Shown here piece after piece: positions 17,324 through 26,029 of a DNA stretch of 46,281 nucleotides; position 1 is the stretch's first letter; each line of letters begins with the position of its first letter. Where the stretch lies: the sequence record SRR22947727_223; one strand, given 5' to 3'. The translations under genes and the position numbers were made by a program. The notes beneath the pieces are model-generated. The model did no database searches. It was not told where the DNA came from and worked only from the letters and a program-made list of their open reading frames with translations.

Positions 17324-20125
17324 CTATAATTTATCTTTCAAATAATCAGCAGTTACAGACTTTTTATCTTTTACTAAAACTTCTGGGGGGCCTTGGGCAA
17401 TGACTTGCCCCCCATGGATTCCTCCACCAGGACCTAGATCAATAATATGATCTGCACATTTGATTAAATCAATATTGTGTTCAATAACCACCATGGAATG
17501 CCCTTTGTCTAAAAGGGCATTAAAGGCCCCTAACAAGCGATTAATGTCGTGAAAGTGAAGCCCGGTTGTGGGTTCATCAAATATAAATAAAGTCTTGTCT
17601 TTGGTGTTACCTTTCACTAGAAATGATGCTAGTTTTATACGCTGTGCTTCCCCACCAGAAAGGGTAGAAGAAGATTGGCCCAAAGCCACATAGCCCAGTC
17701 CAACATCTTCAAGTGCCTGGATCTTTTGACAGAGTTTGTTTTCCCCGTGAAGCATAAAAAATGCCAGAGCGTCAGACACGGTCATTTCTAGTACATCAAA
17801 TATAGATTTGTCGTTAAACTTCACTTCCAGAACTTCTTTTTTAAATCTTTTACCCTCACAGGCATCGCACCCAAGGTGCACATCTGCCATAAACTGCATT
17901 TCAACAGTAATTTCTCCTTCACCCTTACATTTTTCACAACGACCTCCTTCTACATTAAAAGAAAAGTGTTTGGGCAAGAAACCCCTGAGTTTACTCATGG
18001 GTGTTTTAGAAAAAATAGCCCTAATGTCGTCGTAAGCTTTGAGGTAGGTTACAGGATTAGACCTTGAAGACCTTCCAATAGGATTCTGGTCAATATATTC
18101 AACATTTTTTAGGTTTTTGTGTTGAATTTCATAGCTGCTGTGCTGACCAATTTTCATTCCAAATCCCCCAAGTTCTTTCTGAACAATTGGATAAAGCAAT
18201 TTTTTAACTAAAGTAGATTTACCTGATCCTGAAACCCCCGTAATAACGGTAAGTATGCCTAGCGGAATAGTGACATCTATGTTTTGAAGGTTGTGTTCTC
18301 TTCCTCCCTTAATTTTGACGTACTGGTCAGAAGCCCTTCTTTTTTTTGGCAGTGGAATTTCCATGCGACCATCTAAATATTGGGCAGTTAGGGTGTTTGT
18401 TTTTAATATTTCTTCAAGGGTACCCTGCGCCACCAATTCTCCTCCAAGTGTTCCAGCTTCGGGACCAATGTCAAATACAAGGTCTGCAGCTTTCATAATG
18501 TCTTCATCGTGCTCCACTACTATAACAGTGTTTCCAAGGTCTCTTAGTCGCTTGAGTACTATAATTAGGTTTGCTGTGTCTTTGGGATGCAAGCCTATAC
18601 TTGGTTCATCTAGAATATACATAGACCCAACCAAACTGCTTCCTAAAGAGGTCGCTAGGTTAATGCGCTGACTTTCTCCTCCCGAAAGCGTATTGGATTT
18701 TCTGTTTAAGGTGAGGTAGTTTAATCCTACCTGGCTTAAGAAAGACAAGCGGCTGTTTATCTCTGCTAAGATTCTTTTAGAAATGGTTGCATCGGTTTCA
18801 CCTAGCTTTAATTGATAAAAAAACAATTGTAGTTTATCTATTGGCATTGCCACCAATTCGCCAATATCTTTTCCACCAACATGCACATAGAAAGATTCTT
18901 TTTTTAGCCTGGCACCTTGGCATTTATTACAGATGGTTTTTCCTCTATACCTAGAAAGCATGACCCTATTTTGAATTTTATAGCTTTTTTCTTCTAGTGT
19001 CTGGAAAAAAGAATGAATTCCTTTAAAGGCTTTATTTCCATTCCAAACTAATTCTTTTTGAGCTTCAGATAACTCAAACCAAGGTTTGTGAATGGGTATA
19101 TTAGACGCTGCTGCTTTTTCAATGAGTTTGTCTTTGTGTTTACTCATACTTTCTCCCCTCCATGGTGCAATAGCATTTTCATAGATAGATAAACCTGTAT
19201 TTGGAATAACCAGGTCTGGATCTATACCCATAATATCTCCGTATCCTTCACAGGCGTCACATGCTCCGTATGGATTGTTAAAACTAAATAGGTGTAGAGA
19301 GGGTATGGTGAACTCTTGACCGTCTAAGGCAAAAAGATTGCTAAAATCTACGGTGTCTTTTGTACTTAAATCTCTAACAATACAGTACCCTTTACCTTCG
19401 AAGAATGCGGCTTCAATTGCAGAGGAGAGTCTATTGAAGTAATCTTCGTCATCTGCGGTAACTATTCTGTCTACCACTAAGTTAAACTTATTTGGAAGGC
19501 TAGTAATTTCTGCTGAAATTCGGATCACTTCCCCATTGACCTCTATCCTTGCAAAGCCCTGTTTTGAAAACAATTGCACCATTTTCACAGCGTCTTTGTC
19601 TTTGGGTACTTCAATTGGTGCCAAAAGCAATAATTTATGCTTCAGGGGAAAGGTATTTATATGATTGACAACATCTGACACTAAATGTTTTTTTACTTCC
19701 ATACCACTGATGGGAGAATAGGTTTTTCCAATTCTAGCGTATAAAAGCTTTAGATAGTCATAAATTTCTGTAGAAGTTCCTACCGTAGATCTAGGGTTAC
19801 TGGTATTTACTTTTTGTTCTATGGCAATTGCTGGAGCAATTCCTTTAATGTAGTCTACCTGAGGTTTATCTAGTTTACCCAAAAATTGCCTTGCATAAGC
19901 AGACAAACTTTCTACATACCTTCTTTGTCCCTCAGCGTATAAGGTGTCAAAGGCAAGAGAAGATTTCCCTGAGCCTGAAAGGCCAGTGATCACAATAAAT
20001 TTGTTTCTTGGTAAAACAACATCTATGTTTTTTAGGTTGTGCAATTTGGCCCCTTTGATGATGATATTCTTTTTGGGATCTATATCTTCAAGGCTTTTAT
20101 AAGGTAGTTTGGCGTGCAGGGTCAT
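17324..20125 (-). CDS. uvrA: Excinuclease ABC subunit A
   Basis: Two ABC ATPase modules (GLSGSGKSS, GVSGSGKST, LSGGE x2), AEGQRRYVESLS and two CxxC-pair Zn modules. Start uncertain (ATG 20125 vs TTG 20155). Confidence 0.96.
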   Translation of the reverse strand: MTLHAKLPYKSLEDIDPKKNIIIKGAKLHNLKNIDVVLPRNKFIVITGLSGSGKSSLAFDTLYAEGQRRYVESLSAYARQFLGKLDKPQVDYIKGIAPAIAIEQKVNTSNPRSTVGTSTEIYDYLKLLYARIGKTYSPISGMEVKKHLVSDVVNHINTFPLKHKLLLLAPIEVPKDKDAVKMVQLFSKQGFARIEVNGEVIRISAEITSLPNKFNLVVDRIVTADDEDYFNRLSSAIEAAFFEGKGYCIVRDLSTKDTVDFSNLFALDGQEFTIPSLHLFSFNNPYGACDACEGYGDIMGIDPDLVIPNTGLSIYENAIAPWRGESMSKHKDKLIEKAAASNIPIHKPWFELSEAQKELVWNGNKAFKGIHSFFQTLEEKSYKIQNRVMLSRYRGKTICNKCQGARLKKESFYVHVGGKDIGELVAMPIDKLQLFFYQLKLGETDATISKRILAEINSRLSFLSQVGLNYLTLNRKSNTLSGGESQRINLATSLGSSLVGSMYILDEPSIGLHPKDTANLIIVLKRLRDLGNTVIVVEHDEDIMKAADLVFDIGPEAGTLGGELVAQGTLEEILKTNTLTAQYLDGRMEIPLPKKRRASDQYVKIKGGREHNLQNIDVTIPLGILTVITGVSGSGKSTLVKKLLYPIVQKELGGFGMKIGQHSSYEIQHKNLKNVEYIDQNPIGRSSRSNPVTYLKAYDDIRAIFSKTPMSKLRGFLPKHFSFNVEGGRCEKCKGEGEITVEMQFMADVHLGCDACEGKRFKKEVLEVKFNDKSIFDVLEMTVSDALAFFMLHGENKLCQKIQALEDVGLGYVALGQSSSTLSGGEAQRIKLASFLVKGNTKDKTLFIFDEPTTGLHFHDINRLLGAFNALLDKGHSMVVIEHNIDLIKCADHIIDLGPGGGIHGGQVIAQGPPEVLVKDKKSVTADYLKDKL

Positions 20126-20194
20126 AAGAAATACAGGGGAATGATTCAAAAGCAATTAAGCTTTAAAGATAGGTGTTTTACTATATTTTTTTAA

Positions 20195-20202
20195 TATATT
20201 TG
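20195..20202 (+). promoter_or_regulatory. -7 promoter element for the ECF sigma gene
   Basis: TATATTTG in the uvrA/sigma divergent gap, 114 nt before ATG 20317. Confidence 0.45.
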
Positions 20203-20316
20203 GGTGTAATATTTAACTCTTTGCCTATAAAACACGGATACTTTTAACCATCATAAATTTTTTTAGCCCCTATATTACATAGGTTAGTTATTTTTTTATG
20301 TACAAAAAGTATTCTT

Positions 20317-20940
20317 ATGCAAAGCGTTTTAAACAACTCCCATTCCAATAATTTTAATGCATCTGTACCATCTGACAGCCAATTAGTTTTAAGCTATTTG
20401 AACGGCAAGCGACAGGCTTTGTCTATTTTAGTAGAAAGACACAGACCAAAGACTTATCGATTTATTTATGCTAAGGTTCAAGATGCAGAGGTTGCTTCAG
20501 ACATTGTTCAAGACACGTTTTTAAAAGTGATTAAAACCCTAGACAAGGGTGGTTATAGAGATGAGGGTAAATTTGTTTCTTGGGTGATGAGAATTGCCCA
20601 CAACTTAGTGATTGACCACTTTAGGCGCCTGAAAAAGATGCCCATGCAGTATGAAAAGTCTGATTATTCCTTTTTTTCTTTCTTAACCGATTCGTCAAAA
20701 ACTAAGGAAGAAACTATGATACAAGAGCATATAGAATCTAACTTGCACCACATTATAAATTGTTTGCCAGCAGATCAATTGGAGGTGGTTTCTCTTAGAA
20801 TTTTTAAAGAGCTTAGTTTTAAGGAAATATCCGAGCAAACTGGTGTTAGTATTAATACAGCACTTGGTAGAATGAGGTATGCGCTTATAAATTTAAGAAA
20901 AATGGCCTCAGAAAATCACATAGATTTATTGGCCTCTTAG
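20317..20940 (+). CDS. ECF RNA polymerase sigma factor
   Basis: Region 2 DIVQDTFLK..WVMRIAHNLVIDHFRR and region 4 LSFKEISEQTGVSINTALGRMRYA. Confidence 0.92.
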   Translation: MQSVLNNSHSNNFNASVPSDSQLVLSYLNGKRQALSILVERHRPKTYRFIYAKVQDAEVASDIVQDTFLKVIKTLDKGGYRDEGKFVSWVMRIAHNLVIDHFRRLKKMPMQYEKSDYSFFSFLTDSSKTKEETMIQEHIESNLHHIINCLPADQLEVVSLRIFKELSFKEISEQTGVSINTALGRMRYALINLRKMASENHIDLLAS

Positions 20941-20994
20941 CTTGTTTGCCTCCCATTTATGAGACCAACTATTCCATTGAATTATTAAAATCCC

Positions 20995-21651
20995 TTATCG
21001 TTTTTTCTTTAAGTATTGATCAATCACTGTTTTGCGACCTATTGTTTTTGTTATAATATCCTTGTCAAGGTCCCAGCCTCTTGCAGGAGAATACTCTCTT
21101 CCATACCATATGATTTGTAAATGAAGGTCGTTCCACAGTGCTTTTGGAAATAATCTTTTGGCGTCCTTCTCCGTTTGGACTACGTTTTTTCCATTAGTAA
21201 ATCCCCACCTATACATTAATCTATGGATATGAGTGTCTACAGGAAATGCGGGGATACCAAAGGCTTGAGCTACTACTACACTGGCGGTTTTGTGTCCTAC
21301 AGCAGGAAAAGTCTCCAAAGTTTCTAAATCTTGAGGTACCACCCCATTGTGTGTTTTAACTAGAATTTCGGAAAGACCATGTATTCCCTTAGCTTTCATA
21401 GGGGAGAGGCCAACAGGTCTTATAATGTCCTGAATCTCTTTGATGGTTAACTTTACCATGTCAAAAGGATTGTCTGCCTTTTTAAAGAGTAGTGGTGTAA
21501 TTTTATTTACCCTAACATCAGTACTTTGCGCAGACAAAAGTACGGCTACTAAAAGGGTGTATGGGTCTTTATGATCTAAAGGGATAGGAATTTCAGGATA
21601 TAAATCTCCCAGGGTTTTAATGGTGAAATTTACTTTTTCTACTTTGGTCAT
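20995..21651 (-). CDS. nth: Endonuclease III (HhH-GPD glycosylase/AP lyase) lacking the Fe-S motif
   Basis: LLSAQSTD, HhH PAVGHKTA (catalytic Lys) and PVDTH (catalytic Asp). No Cys in the protein. Confidence 0.9.
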   Translation of the reverse strand: MTKVEKVNFTIKTLGDLYPEIPIPLDHKDPYTLLVAVLLSAQSTDVRVNKITPLLFKKADNPFDMVKLTIKEIQDIIRPVGLSPMKAKGIHGLSEILVKTHNGVVPQDLETLETFPAVGHKTASVVVAQAFGIPAFPVDTHIHRLMYRWGFTNGKNVVQTEKDAKRLFPKALWNDLHLQIIWYGREYSPARGWDLDKDIITKTIGRKTVIDQYLKKKR

Positions 21652-21726
21652 TAATGCGTAATTTTAAACTAATATAATATTTACTTTTGTTTTTAAAACA
21701 ACTGTAAAAAGCTAAAAATTGCCAAT

Positions 21727-22179
21727 ATGAAAACCTTACAAGTAGGAGATAAAGTGCCCTCATTTACTGCGGTTACCCAAGACGGAAGCCCATTTAACTT
21801 ATCAGATTATCAAGACACTAAATTAGTGGTTTTTTTCTATCCTAAGGCAAGTACACCAGGTTGTACTTCTGAGGCTTGTGATTTACGAGATCATTATGAA
21901 GTACTCAATGAAAAAGGATACAGTATTGTAGGGGTTAGTGCAGACGATGCTAGTAAGCAGAGCAAGTTTAGAGATAAATACAGTTTTCCATTTCCTTTGT
22001 TAGCAGACACAGATAAATCTGTGATTGAAGCTTTTGGGGTATGGGGGCCAAAAAAGTTTATGGGTAGAGAATATGATGGGATTCACAGAATGACTTTTGT
22101 GGTGGAAAACGGAGCAGTAACTCATGTGATTGATAAAGTAAAAACAAAAGAGCACGCTGCACAAATATTGGCATTGTAG
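21727..22179 (+). CDS. bcp: Thioredoxin-dependent thiol peroxidase (BCP/PrxQ)
   Basis: FYPKASTPGCTSEAC (peroxidatic and resolving Cys). TACTTTTG -7 element at 21682-21689. Confidence 0.93.
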   Translation: MKTLQVGDKVPSFTAVTQDGSPFNLSDYQDTKLVVFFYPKASTPGCTSEACDLRDHYEVLNEKGYSIVGVSADDASKQSKFRDKYSFPFPLLADTDKSVIEAFGVWGPKKFMGREYDGIHRMTFVVENGAVTHVIDKVKTKEHAAQILAL

Positions 22180-22241
22180 TTTTAAAAAAAAAGGCTACTA
22201 TGCGTATATTACTGTGGCGTTATAGTTTTAAAACAAGGCCA

Positions 22242-23693
22242 TTATGCTTTTAAAGTAATGGCCTTGTTTTGAAATAGTTCTTTTTGTTTAATAAGCTCAG
22301 CAATACCCTTAGGCAATTCATCTTCCCAACCAGAGGTGTTGTTAGAAATCATCTCCAACACTTTTCTAGAGAAAACATCCAATACTTCAGGATCGTAATC
22401 TATAATATCCATTACTTTACCATTGTATTTGAAGAACTTGTAAAGCTCTTTCATTCTAGGATGCACCTTAACGCTATTCGAAGTTAAAATTTGACCAGTT
22501 TCTTGGTCTTTCATAGGATATAAATACACTTTAAGGTCCTTGAAGAATAGTTTTCCGAAAGCCTCTAGAATACCCCCACTAAGGTGTCTGTAATATTTTT
22601 CGTCAAATATATCCACAAGGTTATTTACCCCCATGGTTAAACCAATTTTAGCTTTTGTATAATTATTAAAATACTCTACTAGCTTATAGTATTCTTGGAA
22701 TTTAGAAATGAGTACGGTATGGCCTAATGAGCATAATAATTCTGCTCGGTCCATAAAATCTTGTTCATCTATTTCTCCTGAAGCCTTGAGGTTTGACAAG
22801 GTAATTTCAAAAATGACTATAGTGTTGTCAGGATCTACAGTAGCTTCTTTTCTAAATATATCGTAAGACTTTTCAAACATATCCATATTGACCTTTGTTA
22901 CGGGCCTAAAACTACCTCTAAGGGCAAGTATATTTTTCTTGTATAAAACAGCTGCAGGGAGAAGGTTATTCCCGTCAGGGCCAAACATAACCGCATCTGT
23001 CATATTATTCTTAATGAGCTCTAAACTCATTAACCTATTGTCTACATGCTTGAAATTAGGCCCAGAGAAATTAATCATATCAATTTCTAGAATGTCTTTC
23101 TCAATATGGTCGTAGAGGTATTTTAGTAACTTCTTAGGTTTTTCATATTTATAAAAAGCACCATAAATTAGATTTACACCTAAAACACCTAAGGTCTCTT
23201 GTTGCAGTCTTGCTTCATTCTGCTTAAATCTAACGTGGAGTATAATTTCATCCAATTCCTTTTGATTTGGATCTAGTTGAAATTTAATTCCAACCCAACC
23301 GTGTCCTTTAAATTTTTTTGCAAAATCTATAGTAGCTACTGTATTGGCGTAAGAAAAGAACAATCTGTCTGGATGAGACTTTCTGCTAATTCTGTCTTCC
23401 ATGAGATTCATTTCATGGGCCAACATTTTTTTTAATCTAGGCTGTGTTACATACCTGCCGTCGTTTTCAATGCCATAAATGGCATCGCTAAAATCCTTGT
23501 CATAAGCACTCATGGCTTTAGCTATAGTTCCAGAAGCACCACCAGCCCTAAAAAAATGCCTGGCAGTCTCTTGTCCAGCACCAATTTCTGAGAAGGTTCC
23601 GTAAATGTCAGGATTTAAATTTATCCTGAGTGTTTTTGCCTTGGTAGAAGGGATATTATTGAAAGCAGTTTCTTTTTTCAAAACAGAAGCCAT
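22242..23693 (-). CDS. Conserved cytoplasmic protein with a CinA-like N-terminus and a degenerate nucleotidyltransferase-like C-terminus
   Basis: GTFSEIGAGQE..GGASGTIAK and RGSFRPVT motifs; no signal peptide or barrel pattern. Start ATG 23693 supported by a TAACTTTG -7 element at 23714-23721 (minus). Confidence 0.6.
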   Translation of the reverse strand: MASVLKKETAFNNIPSTKAKTLRINLNPDIYGTFSEIGAGQETARHFFRAGGASGTIAKAMSAYDKDFSDAIYGIENDGRYVTQPRLKKMLAHEMNLMEDRISRKSHPDRLFFSYANTVATIDFAKKFKGHGWVGIKFQLDPNQKELDEIILHVRFKQNEARLQQETLGVLGVNLIYGAFYKYEKPKKLLKYLYDHIEKDILEIDMINFSGPNFKHVDNRLMSLELIKNNMTDAVMFGPDGNNLLPAAVLYKKNILALRGSFRPVTKVNMDMFEKSYDIFRKEATVDPDNTIVIFEITLSNLKASGEIDEQDFMDRAELLCSLGHTVLISKFQEYYKLVEYFNNYTKAKIGLTMGVNNLVDIFDEKYYRHLSGGILEAFGKLFFKDLKVYLYPMKDQETGQILTSNSVKVHPRMKELYKFFKYNGKVMDIIDYDPEVLDVFSRKVLEMISNNTSGWEDELPKGIAELIKQKELFQNKAITLKA

Positions 23694-23779
23694 GTAGATT
23701 GTTTTAATTGCAACAAAGTTAAAAAGATTGTAGAAGCTAATCCCTATTAAAATCATAAATTTGAAAAAAAATAACGCTT

Positions 23780-24544
23780 TTGATTGTTCAGTTTTTAGGC
23801 ACAGGAACTTCTCAGGGAATCCCAGTAATTGGGAGTAATCACCCTGTGTGCTTAAGTGTCAATCCCAAGGACAAAAGACTGCGTGTATCTGTTTTAATAT
23901 CATGGGATCAATTTAACTATGTCATAGACTGCGGTCCAGATTTCAGGGCACAAATGTTAGCCGCCAATCCATCTTCTTTAGAGGGAGTGATATTTACCCA
24001 TGAGCATGCAGACCATACAGCCGGTTTAGATGATATTAGACCATTTTTCTTTAGACAGGGTGCTATTCCAATATATGCGCACAAACGCGTATTAAAATCC
24101 TTAAAGAAAAGATTTGGGTATATTTTTAATGAGGCCAACAAATACCCTGGTGCACCTTCAGTGGTTTCCCATAGGGTAAAGAAAAACAACCCTTTTAATC
24201 TAAATGGTAAACAAGTTATTCCCATAAATGCAAAACACAATACTTTACAAGTGTTTGGTTACAGAATAGATAGATTCGCTTATTTGACTGACATTAAAAC
24301 TATTTCAGCATTAGAAACCGCTAAGCTTTCTGGGCTTGAAGTTCTTGTGGTAAATGCATTGAGAGAGGAGCCACATTACAGTCATTTTAATTTGGAAGAA
24401 GCCATAGCATTTGCCCAAAGGGTGGGGGCTAAAAAAACTTATTTCACCCATATTAGCCATCATTTGGGTTTTCACGATCAGGTTGCGTTAAAGCTACCAG
24501 AAAACATCTATCTGGCATATGATTCACTCACTATATCTATTTAA
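23780..24544 (+). CDS. MBL-fold metallohydrolase (PhnP-like phosphodiesterase)
   Basis: LGTGTSQGIP, THEHADHTAG (HxHxDH), YLTD, THISH; TTG start; -7 TAAATTTG at 23756-23763. Confidence 0.88.
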   Translation: MIVQFLGTGTSQGIPVIGSNHPVCLSVNPKDKRLRVSVLISWDQFNYVIDCGPDFRAQMLAANPSSLEGVIFTHEHADHTAGLDDIRPFFFRQGAIPIYAHKRVLKSLKKRFGYIFNEANKYPGAPSVVSHRVKKNNPFNLNGKQVIPINAKHNTLQVFGYRIDRFAYLTDIKTISALETAKLSGLEVLVVNALREEPHYSHFNLEEAIAFAQRVGAKKTYFTHISHHLGFHDQVALKLPENIYLAYDSLTISI

Positions 24545-24546
24545 TT

Positions 24547-25047
24547 ATGAAGTCAAGAATTTTCATGTATCTATTTATTTTCACTGCATTGATTGCACTT
24601 TATCAATTTAAAAGTGCTTCCAATTATGTAGAAAACACACAGCTAGCCCTTGCAAAATATCAAGAAACTGCAGATGAGTACATAAAAGTTTCCGCTCAGA
24701 TTAAATCGCTAGAGGGACAATTGGAGCGGGCTCAATTATTTGATCTAAAGTATAATCAGGAGGGACTTGCAGTATTAGAAAATCAGTATCATGGACCGCA
24801 AGAGGTTAGCGATTTTATATCAGACGCGCTCATTCAGACTAATATTAATAAGGAATTGCAACATTCTTTAATTCCTTTTAAATCTGAAAACGCTAAATAC
24901 GTATTTAATACGGTAAAAATTTTAAACCAAAAATGGCTCATTGCAAACTTTACAGACGGAACAGTCTGGGGGGAAGCTATTTTACAGTTTTCGATGGATA
25001 ATAATGCAGTAAATTTTAAAACAGAAGACGCATTTCTTCACCGATAA
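24547..25047 (+). CDS. Membrane-anchored hypothetical protein
   Basis: N-terminal TM segment, coiled-coil-like stretch, KILNQKWLIANFTDG..WGE; 2 nt after the MBL gene. Confidence 0.7.
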   Translation: MKSRIFMYLFIFTALIALYQFKSASNYVENTQLALAKYQETADEYIKVSAQIKSLEGQLERAQLFDLKYNQEGLAVLENQYHGPQEVSDFISDALIQTNINKELQHSLIPFKSENAKYVFNTVKILNQKWLIANFTDGTVWGEAILQFSMDNNAVNFKTEDAFLHR

Positions 25048-25053
25048 TTTGGT

Positions 25054-25695
25054 TTATTTTAACCATTCCAATAGGTCTGCAAAATTTTGGGGAGACACCC
25101 CGTGTCCTACAGGGTATGATTTAAACACATGATCTATTTTTAATGCATGGAGTTGTGAGGGTATTTTTTCTGCCCAATCAAAGGGAATTACTTGGTCTTG
25201 TGTTCCATGTGAAGCGAAAATAGTAATATTTTTATACGCTTCAATGGCCACTTTAATTTCCGCTAAGGCCTCATTAATATAACCACTTAGGCATATAAAT
25301 TTATGGTAAAATCCAGGATATTGTAAGGCCAATGCATAACTTAGAATACTTCCTTGACTAAAGCCCAACACGCAAACTTTATTAGTGTCTAATTGTTTTT
25401 CTTTGCACTTTTCTTGAATAAAATGATGGAGCAAATCTCTGGATGCTTTAGCCTGTTCAAGATCTGACCATTTTCCCTTTTCCGCATCAAAATTTATAGC
25501 ATACCAAGCATTTCCATATGGTTGCATAGGATAGGGGGCTCTGAGAGAGATTATGTGATAATACTCAGGTATTCCCTCAGCGAAAGAAAACAAATCATTT
25601 TCATCACTCCCATAACCATGGATCAAAAAGAGTGGAATGGCTTTTACTTTTGAAGTTTTGGCTGGTCTTTCAATACAATATAAGGACATCTCCAT
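25054..25695 (-). CDS. Alpha/beta hydrolase (phospholipase/carboxylesterase)
   Basis: HGYGS, GFSQG nucleophile, HGTQDQVIP and GHGV. Start 25695 avoids overlap with the upstream gene. Confidence 0.88.
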   Translation of the reverse strand: MEMSLYCIERPAKTSKVKAIPLFLIHGYGSDENDLFSFAEGIPEYYHIISLRAPYPMQPYGNAWYAINFDAEKGKWSDLEQAKASRDLLHHFIQEKCKEKQLDTNKVCVLGFSQGSILSYALALQYPGFYHKFICLSGYINEALAEIKVAIEAYKNITIFASHGTQDQVIPFDWAEKIPSQLHALKIDHVFKSYPVGHGVSPQNFADLLEWLK

Positions 25696-25696
25696 A

Positions 25697-26029
25697 CTAT
25701 CTGATAAATGTAAACCACTGTTGAAAGTAAATTCCAATGAAAGGCAATGATTTTTTAGTATTTTGAAGTGCGGAATAAAAACCAAAACCCCATAGCAATA
25801 AATACATGACGTACAATCCTAAAAAGGCAAATTCATTAAACCACTGACTAATAAACAGGGCGAATGCATGAAATAATATATGCACTCCAAAAGCTTGTCT
25901 GATATGAAACCTAGAAAAAACTTCTGGCTTATTGTTGTGTATACTTATCGCTATAATAGCACCTATTATAGTAAAGTAAGCAAGAAGAGCGGGTTTCTTA
26001 CCTTTAATTCCCTCTTGTATTCCCATCAT
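25697..26029 (-). CDS. Small membrane protein (DUF4870-like)
   Basis: Three hydrophobic helices, FHIRQAFG and LPFIG..FQQWF. TAATG overlap with the upstream gene. Confidence 0.7.
   Translation of the reverse strand: MMGIQEGIKGKKPALLAYFTIIGAIIAISIHNNKPEVFSRFHIRQAFGVHILFHAFALFISQWFNEFAFLGLYVMYLLLWGFGFYSALQNTKKSLPFIGIYFQQWFTFIR

Noticed and set aside
22242-23756. TonB-dependent receptor label for this ORF
   Set aside because: No signal peptide, plug or barrel pattern, and no C-terminal Phe.
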